From Armatimonadota bacterium (GTDB lineage: Bacteria > Armatimonadota > SYMT01): a stretch of DNA of 64,000 bases. Every line of letters starts with the position of its first letter. Positions within the stretch are counted from its first letter, which is position 1. A program made the translations under genes and the position numbers. The stretch spans positions 110,150 to 174,149 of the forward strand of contig JAWLHY010000014.1 of assembly GCA_041690135.1 (NCBI GenBank), in the 5' to 3' direction. Shown here piece by piece: positions 58,283 through 64,000 of this stretch. Under the pieces are notes generated by a model that saw only the letters and a program-made list of their open reading frames with translations, was not told the origin of the DNA and ran no database searches.

Positions 58283-60439
58283 ATGGAAGCACTCTGCGCT
58301 TCCCACGGCCGGGGTACTGGGGACGTGAGAAACGGTTTGGGCAGATTATTGGCGGGTTCCGCGAATCACAGGGGCACCGTATCCCTCCGGCGGGGGATGC
58401 TGGGCGGCCTTCTGGCACTGTTCTCCCTCCTGGTGGGAGTGATGCCGGCGGCGGCCCACCCGAACGACGAGGCCAACGTCTACCACTACCTCTGGTTCGA
58501 GGCGCGCCCCGGCAAGCTGGAACTGCAGCACGCCACCATCGCGGGCGGGCTGGTCTCGCAGGCGGTCTGGAGCCAGATGGACCCGGACGGCGACCGCGAG
58601 CTTTCTCCCCAGGAGCAGCGGGACTACGCCCGGCAGTTGGCCGGTAACCTCTTCCTGACCGTGGAGGGGAAGAAGGTGCGTTGGACGCTGGAAGAGTGGG
58701 AGTTTCCCACCCACACCGAGTTCTTCAGCGGTAGCCTCCCCGCCGTGAAGCTGCGCCTGACGGCCAACCTGCCCCGAAAGAGCCAGGGCGGGCCTACCTT
58801 CCAGGTGGAGGACCAGACCTATCCCCAGTTCACCGGCGTTTTTCCGGAGCCGGTGGTCCGGCCGGACCGCCTCTCCGTGCGCGACCTCGTCGTCACCGAG
58901 GACGGGCGCCGGACCCAGGTGACGCTGGGCCCCGCCGGCATGCCTTCGGTGACCACCGGTCGCTCCTCCTCGGAAGCCCCCAACCCGGATGCCGAGAGCT
59001 CGACCGCTCCGGGGAACGCGCCGCGGCTGCCGGGCCTGGAGCTGGAGAGCACGGCTCCCTTGGGATCGGGATCCGCCGTCGCTCCCGGCGCACCACAAGT
59101 GCAGGGAACGGACCTCCAGTCCGTGCCGCTGTTTAAAGAGCGAGGACAGGTCCTCTACGCCCGGCCCGGGGAGAAGCACGATGACCACGCGGACGCGCTG
59201 AAAGGCTTTTTGGGAAAGAACCTGACCCCCGGCCTTCTCGTCGTCGCACTGGGAGTGGCCCTCCTGGCCGGGGCTGCGCACGCGCTCACGCCCGGCCACG
59301 GCAAGGCGATGGTCGGCGCTTACCTGGTGGGGTCGCGGGGGACCATTCGCGACGCGGTGGTCCTGGGATTGGTAGTCACCCTCACCCACACCTCCAGCGT
59401 CTATCTCCTTGGCTTTCTTTGCCTCTGGCTCACCTCTCGGATCCAGGCGGAGGTCGTGGGACAGTGGTTGAGTGTCGGTTCCGGGGTGCTCCTCCTGGGC
59501 ATGGGCTTCTGGCTCTTCCAGCGCGGCCTCCTCGCCTACCACGGCCTCAAGCCCCTCCCCGGCCACTCTCACGGTCCCGGTGGCCATTCGCATGGCTGGG
59601 GGCCGGGGGCCAGCGCAGTGGGCAGTGGGGAAGGGCACGGGCATGCCCATGAGCACATGCACGCTGCCGAGCATACGCATTCCCGCGCGCCGGAGCACGC
59701 GCATTCCCATTCCCACGCAACGCCGGCCCACAGCCATTCCCAAGCCCACGCCAGATCCGAGGCTCACTCTCACACCCACGACCACGGCCACACCCATGAC
59801 CGGGGTCACACCCACGCTGCGGACCACAGCCATACTCACACCGACTCTTCCTTCCCTTCGGATACGGTACCGCTCCCCCAGGATTGGGGGCAGGGGGGCC
59901 GAGCCGGTGTCGCGGACCATAGCCACACCCACGGCAACCCCACCGATCCATCGGGCTCTACCGTCCCGCCCCTTACGCATTACGCAACACGCAATACGGA
60001 TCACGCACCACACCCCCAGGATTGGGGGGCGGGGGGCCGAGACCGCCAACCCCCCTCCGATTCTCCTCTCGACGACTACCGTGGAACCCCTCCGGCCGAC
60101 CTCGCTCCGGCTCCGGGGAGATGGGGGATCATCGGCCTGGGAGTCGCCGGCGGAATGGTGCCCTGCTTCGATGCACTTGCGATCCTCATCGCTGCCGTGA
60201 ATCTCAACAACCTGCCGCTCGGCATGCTCATCATCGCGGCGTTCAGCCTGGGCATGGCGGCGGTCCTGGTCGCGATCGGCGTGCTGATGGTCACCGCCAA
60301 GAGCATGATGAAAAGGTTCACCGGCAACGGCCCCTGGATCCGCGCTTTACCGGCGGTCAGTGGGGGTATTCTCTTCCTGCTGGGTAGCTGGCTCACCTTC
60401 CGCGCCCTCGTGGAAGCCGGGGTCTTGCGTGTTGGGTAA
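58283..60439 (+). CDS. Ni/Co transporter (NicO/RcnA-like) fused to an N-terminal exported domain, with a long His-rich loop
   Basis: Signal ending AAAHP; HALTPGHGK, VTLTHT, GMVPC, FSLGMA; (HxH)n loop. Start may be 58325 or 58397. Confidence 0.9.
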   Translation: MEALCASHGRGTGDVRNGLGRLLAGSANHRGTVSLRRGMLGGLLALFSLLVGVMPAAAHPNDEANVYHYLWFEARPGKLELQHATIAGGLVSQAVWSQMDPDGDRELSPQEQRDYARQLAGNLFLTVEGKKVRWTLEEWEFPTHTEFFSGSLPAVKLRLTANLPRKSQGGPTFQVEDQTYPQFTGVFPEPVVRPDRLSVRDLVVTEDGRRTQVTLGPAGMPSVTTGRSSSEAPNPDAESSTAPGNAPRLPGLELESTAPLGSGSAVAPGAPQVQGTDLQSVPLFKERGQVLYARPGEKHDDHADALKGFLGKNLTPGLLVVALGVALLAGAAHALTPGHGKAMVGAYLVGSRGTIRDAVVLGLVVTLTHTSSVYLLGFLCLWLTSRIQAEVVGQWLSVGSGVLLLGMGFWLFQRGLLAYHGLKPLPGHSHGPGGHSHGWGPGASAVGSGEGHGHAHEHMHAAEHTHSRAPEHAHSHSHATPAHSHSQAHARSEAHSHTHDHGHTHDRGHTHAADHSHTHTDSSFPSDTVPLPQDWGQGGRAGVADHSHTHGNPTDPSGSTVPPLTHYATRNTDHAPHPQDWGAGGRDRQPPSDSPLDDYRGTPPADLAPAPGRWGIIGLGVAGGMVPCFDALAILIAAVNLNNLPLGMLIIAAFSLGMAAVLVAIGVLMVTAKSMMKRFTGNGPWIRALPAVSGGILFLLGSWLTFRALVEAGVLRVG

Positions 60440-60457
60440 TGCTGTGGCCGGCGGCTG

Positions 60458-60678
60458 CGACCCCGAGCTAAACCTCGGGGCTTCAGAACTGCACGGTCCC
60501 CGCCTTCGCGGGCACCCTTTACGCACGAACGGAACTCATGGGCATGCGCCATACCCACGCACCGTCCGGAGTTTTCGCCGCCCCTATGAATTTGGAGCGA
60601 GCGCCCACGGAGGTTTACGCCCCGAGGGGGTGTGGGCAGCGTGCTGTACCCAAGCCCGACCGTTCAGGGTCGGGGCGC
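60458..60678. repeat. REP doublet of the same family as the 57-58 kb array
   Basis: Forward unit 'ccccgagctaaacctcgggg...cacggtccccgccttcgcgggcacc' and inverted unit ending 'gcccgaccgttcagggtcggggcg'. Confidence 0.75.
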
Positions 60679-60748
60679 AACCAACCAGGATTTCCGCTTC
60701 CGGTTGCGAATCTCTACACTATCTCCTGAGAACTGCTGCCGGGGCTGC

Positions 60749-60776
60749 GAAACATCCCGCCGGAGGGCGCGTCTAA
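60749..60776 (+). promoter_or_regulatory. Candidate ECF-sigma promoter (GAAAC-N16-CGTCTAA)
   Basis: Near-consensus SigW-type promoter 50 nt upstream of ATG 60826. Confidence 0.5.
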
Positions 60777-60825
60777 CCCGGTAACAGCAATCCTTGTTCG
60801 CGACCTGCGATTCGCGGGGGTAACC

Positions 60826-63800
60826 ATGGCGCAAGCACAGGCTCATTTGTCCATCCGGTCGAAGCTCGACGGCGCGCGCGCCTACTGGCGCGCCCTCATG
60901 GCCGGGGAAGGGCTGTGCTGGACGGTCGCCGTGCTTCTGGTGGCGTTCCTGGTCTGTTTCCACCTCGACCGCTGGCTGGTGCTCTCCATCGAGACCCGCA
61001 TTGCGGCCTGGGCGACCCTCGCGATCCTCGGTTCCGGCTTCCTCATCTTCCGCGTCTTGCGCCCGGTGCTGCAGCAGCACTCGCCGGAAGAGATCGCCAC
61101 GCTCATCGAGCAGCGCTATCCGGAGCTGCGGGAGCGCCTTCTCACCGCGGTCGAGTTCAGCGGCCAATCGCGCGACCGTCTCCAGGGGATCTCTCCGGTC
61201 CTGCTCTCCGACCTGATGGCGGACGCGGACCAGGCCGCCGCCCCGCTCGACTTCCGTTCCGCGTTCAAACTGCGCGGGCTGATGAATGCCGGCACGGGTC
61301 TTCTGCTGGCCGTCTTGCTGGTGCTGATGCACATGCTGGTGGCGGGTCCGGCGTTCGGCGCCTTCCTCTCCCGTATGGCGCTCAACAACACGCCGGTCTG
61401 GCGGGACACCCGCGTGCAGGTCGATCCCCTGCGGATCAAAGTGCTGAAGGGAACCGATTTCCGGGTCGCGGTTAACCAGGAAGGAAAGCGGGTCGATCGC
61501 GCCCGGCTCAACTTCAAGTTCGGCGACGGTCGCTGGAACCGCGCGGAGCTGAAGGCGGACGGCGACGGGAAGTTCGTGCACCGCTTCGCCACCCTCACGG
61601 AGGGGATGACCTTCTACGCCACCGCGGGAGACGGCGTTTCGGACCGCGGTATCGTGGAAGTGGTCGATCCGGCGGCCGTGGTGGGCGCGAAGCTCACGCT
61701 CACCTACCCCGCCTACATGGATAAGCCCGCCGCCACCCTGGCCGCGGACTCCGGCGGCGTGGCGGCTCCCGTGGGCACCGTGGTGCGCCTGGAGTTGAAG
61801 GCGAACAAGCCTCTGGAGCAGGCGGAAGCCACCGTAATGGCGGAAAAGCCCGGTCCGTGGCAGGTGAAGGGCGACACGATCTCCGGGCAACTGGTGGTCC
61901 GGAAAGACGGCCAGTACAGCCTGAAGCTCAAGGACCAGGACGGCTTCTACTCCCCCGAGATTCAGACCTTCCCGATCAAGGCGATCCAGGACCAGACCCC
62001 GGAAGTCCACCTCCGCGACCCCGCCGGGGACCTCGAGGTGGTGCCGGATGCCCGGGTCCGCCTCTCGATCCTGGCGAAGGACGATTACGGCATCGCGCAG
62101 GTTCGGGTGCCCTACGAGGCCTCCCGCCGCAAGCCGGCGACTCTTCCGGCCGGTTCCGGGGGGAAGAAGGACCGGGTCCTGGAGTTGGAAAGCCTCTGGG
62201 AACTGGCCGCGATGAAGTTGAAGCCGGGCGACACCGTCACCTACCGGATTGAGGCGCTCGATCACGACAACATTTCCGGCCCCCACGTCGGCCGGACACC
62301 CGAATACCACCTGCGCGTCATCGATCATGCGGAAGCCGAGCGCCGGTATGCGGAGCAGCGCGCCCAGATCCTTCTGGAGTTGAACGCGCTCATCCAGGAG
62401 CAGAAGGCAGCCCGCTCGGACGTGGAGAGCCAGCGCTCCGCCGCCCGCCCCAACGCGGATAAGATCGGCAGCGCCGAGGAGCGCCAGCGCGCGACCGCCG
62501 TCACCAGCTCCGACCTCGCCCGGCGCGTGGCCGAGCTGAACCGGATGGCCGAGACCAATAACCTGGCCGACAAGCCGGACCTCGAGTCGCAGCAGCAGGC
62601 GCAGAAGAGCCTGAACAATCTGTCGCAGCAGGCGATGCCCCAGGCCGCGAACCGGATCGGCAGCGCGCAGGCCCAGGCCGAGTCCAGCCCGCAGAACGCG
62701 AAGTCCGAGCTCGGTCAGGCCTCGCAGCAGCAGCAGGAGATCCTGAAGGAGCTGAGCCGGGTCGCCGAGATGATGAAGCCGGGCAGCGAGCTGAAGCGAC
62801 TCGCGGAGCGGATCGATCGGCTGGCCCGCCAGCAGCGGAACCTCCAGGCCCAGACCGACAAGCTCCTGCCGGATACGCTGGGGAAGGGCATGGAAGAGCT
62901 GACACAGCAGCAGCGCAACCAGCTCCAGCAGCTTTCCCAACAGCAGCAGAACCTGCAGAAGGCTACCGCCCAGGCGGTGCAGGATCTGGAAAAGGCGGGG
63001 CAGTCGATGCAGAGCCGCAGCCCCGAGCAAGGGGATGCCGCCCGGCAGGCCGCGCAGGACCTCCAGCAGGGGCAGGTGACCGAGCAGCAGTCGCAGGCCG
63101 CGCAGAACGCGCAGCAGAACTCGCTGGGGCAGGCGCGCAGCCAGCAGGAGAACGCGGCCCAGCAGCTCGAGAACGCGGCCCAGCAGCTCCGGGATGCGAT
63201 GAACCCGAACGACCCGCGCAACGCGCAGCGGCTCCTCCGGCAGGCGATGAACCGCCTGAACCGGATGATGCAGCAGCAGGGCGAGGCGATCAAGCAGACA
63301 CAGGGCGCGATGTCGCAGCAGCAGCGCCAGGAAGTCGCGGAGCAGCAAAAGGAACTCCAGAAGCAGGCTCAGGAGTTGGCTCGCCAGTTGGAGCGGCTGC
63401 AGCGCCGCACGCCTTCCGCCGGAAAGGCCTCGCAGCAGTTGCAGCAGGCCCAGCAGAAGCTGGGGCAATCCAGCCAGTCGCTCTCGCAGCAGAGCCAGAG
63501 CCAGCAGCAGAGCCAGGCCCAGCAGCAGCAGGCGCTCCAGCAGGAGAACCAGGCCCTCCAGGCCATGCAGCGGGCCATGCAGAGCCTTCAGCAGGCGATG
63601 GCCGAGGCCCAGAAGAACGACGACCCGTTTGCCGAGCTGCGGAAGAACCTGGACCGCTTGGCCACCCGGCAGAAGGCGATCCAGCAGGCCACCCGCCGGA
63701 TCGACATGGACCAGAAGCGCCAGGGTTCGCGCCCGGAAGACCAGGAAGAACTGGAGCGCCTGTCGCAGCAGCAGGCCGAAGTCGAGTCCGAGGCTGCGAA

Positions 63801-64000
63801 GCTGGAGCCCGAGCTTCCTGGCGACGTGTTCAAGAACTTCTCACAGCAGGCCCGCGGCGCCATGTCCCGCTCGAAGAACGCCCTCGCCGAGGCGAACCCG
63901 AAGCAGAACCCGACCCAGCAGGCCCAGCAGCGCGCGCTCACCATCCTGGATCAGCTCAAAAAGGCGCTCGATCCCAATCCGGATGATAACAGCAAAGCAG
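60826..64000 (+). CDS. DUF4175-like large membrane-anchored protein, 3'-truncated by the window edge
   Basis: MAQAQAHLSIRSKL..., two TM helices, IEQRYPELRERLLTAVE, Ig-like domains (YPAY, DQTPEV, AKDDYGI, LKPGD), then a Gln-rich coiled coil. Missing from the ORF track because no stop is reached. Confidence 0.88.
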   Translation, partial: MAQAQAHLSIRSKLDGARAYWRALMAGEGLCWTVAVLLVAFLVCFHLDRWLVLSIETRIAAWATLAILGSGFLIFRVLRPVLQQHSPEEIATLIEQRYPELRERLLTAVEFSGQSRDRLQGISPVLLSDLMADADQAAAPLDFRSAFKLRGLMNAGTGLLLAVLLVLMHMLVAGPAFGAFLSRMALNNTPVWRDTRVQVDPLRIKVLKGTDFRVAVNQEGKRVDRARLNFKFGDGRWNRAELKADGDGKFVHRFATLTEGMTFYATAGDGVSDRGIVEVVDPAAVVGAKLTLTYPAYMDKPAATLAADSGGVAAPVGTVVRLELKANKPLEQAEATVMAEKPGPWQVKGDTISGQLVVRKDGQYSLKLKDQDGFYSPEIQTFPIKAIQDQTPEVHLRDPAGDLEVVPDARVRLSILAKDDYGIAQVRVPYEASRRKPATLPAGSGGKKDRVLELESLWELAAMKLKPGDTVTYRIEALDHDNISGPHVGRTPEYHLRVIDHAEAERRYAEQRAQILLELNALIQEQKAARSDVESQRSAARPNADKIGSAEERQRATAVTSSDLARRVAELNRMAETNNLADKPDLESQQQAQKSLNNLSQQAMPQAANRIGSAQAQAESSPQNAKSELGQASQQQQEILKELSRVAEMMKPGSELKRLAERIDRLARQQRNLQAQTDKLLPDTLGKGMEELTQQQRNQLQQLSQQQQNLQKATAQAVQDLEKAGQSMQSRSPEQGDAARQAAQDLQQGQVTEQQSQAAQNAQQNSLGQARSQQENAAQQLENAAQQLRDAMNPNDPRNAQRLLRQAMNRLNRMMQQQGEAIKQTQGAMSQQQRQEVAEQQKELQKQAQELARQLERLQRRTPSAGKASQQLQQAQQKLGQSSQSLSQQSQSQQQSQAQQQQALQQENQALQAMQRAMQSLQQAMAEAQKNDDPFAELRKNLDRLATRQKAIQQATRRIDMDQKRQGSRPEDQEELERLSQQQAEVESEAAKLEPELPGDVFKNFSQQARGAMSRSKNALAEANPKQNPTQQAQQRALTILDQLKKALDPNPDDNSKA

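Noticed and set aside
58100-58400. NiCo or cobalamin riboswitch upstream of the metal transporter
   Set aside because: I could not find the conserved cores by eye; an Infernal/Rfam scan would settle it.
60664-63468. 934-aa minus-strand ORF
   Set aside because: It is the antisense shadow of the Gln-rich plus-strand gene starting at 60826 (CAG runs read as Leu).

Overview
High-GC bacterial chromosomal segment. The gene content (UBact-type proteasome locus, DUF1501 and DUF1549/DUF1553 genes, Uma2 nuclease, PilT/PilU) suggests Armatimonadota, but this is inference. Left to right: a PIN toxin-antitoxin pair; a 1068-aa hypothetical protein; a YehM/P/Q-like DUF5682-VWA-SWIM cluster; rsmE; an oxidoreductase; a response regulator; pilT/pilU; a SpoIID protein; a sugar ABC binding protein and permease; mug; a polyprenyl synthase; moaC; rex; an FAD oxidoreductase; DUF1501 and DUF1549/1553 genes; a Kelch-sialidase fusion; sdhCAB; a complete UBact conjugation/20S proteasome locus (arc...dop-ubact-prcB-prcA-pafA); phoD; a lower-GC subtilase with a small partner gene; a Ni/Co transporter; and a truncated DUF4175-like giant protein. 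No rRNA, tRNA, CRISPR array or transposase was recognised. The non-coding DNA is rich in structure: several REP/REPIN/BIME-like families, an 18-nt hairpin nested inside other repeats, and 6-9-mer tandem repeats that point inward in nearly every spacer and have invaded two genes in frame. All family calls are by eye from motifs; no database searches were run.
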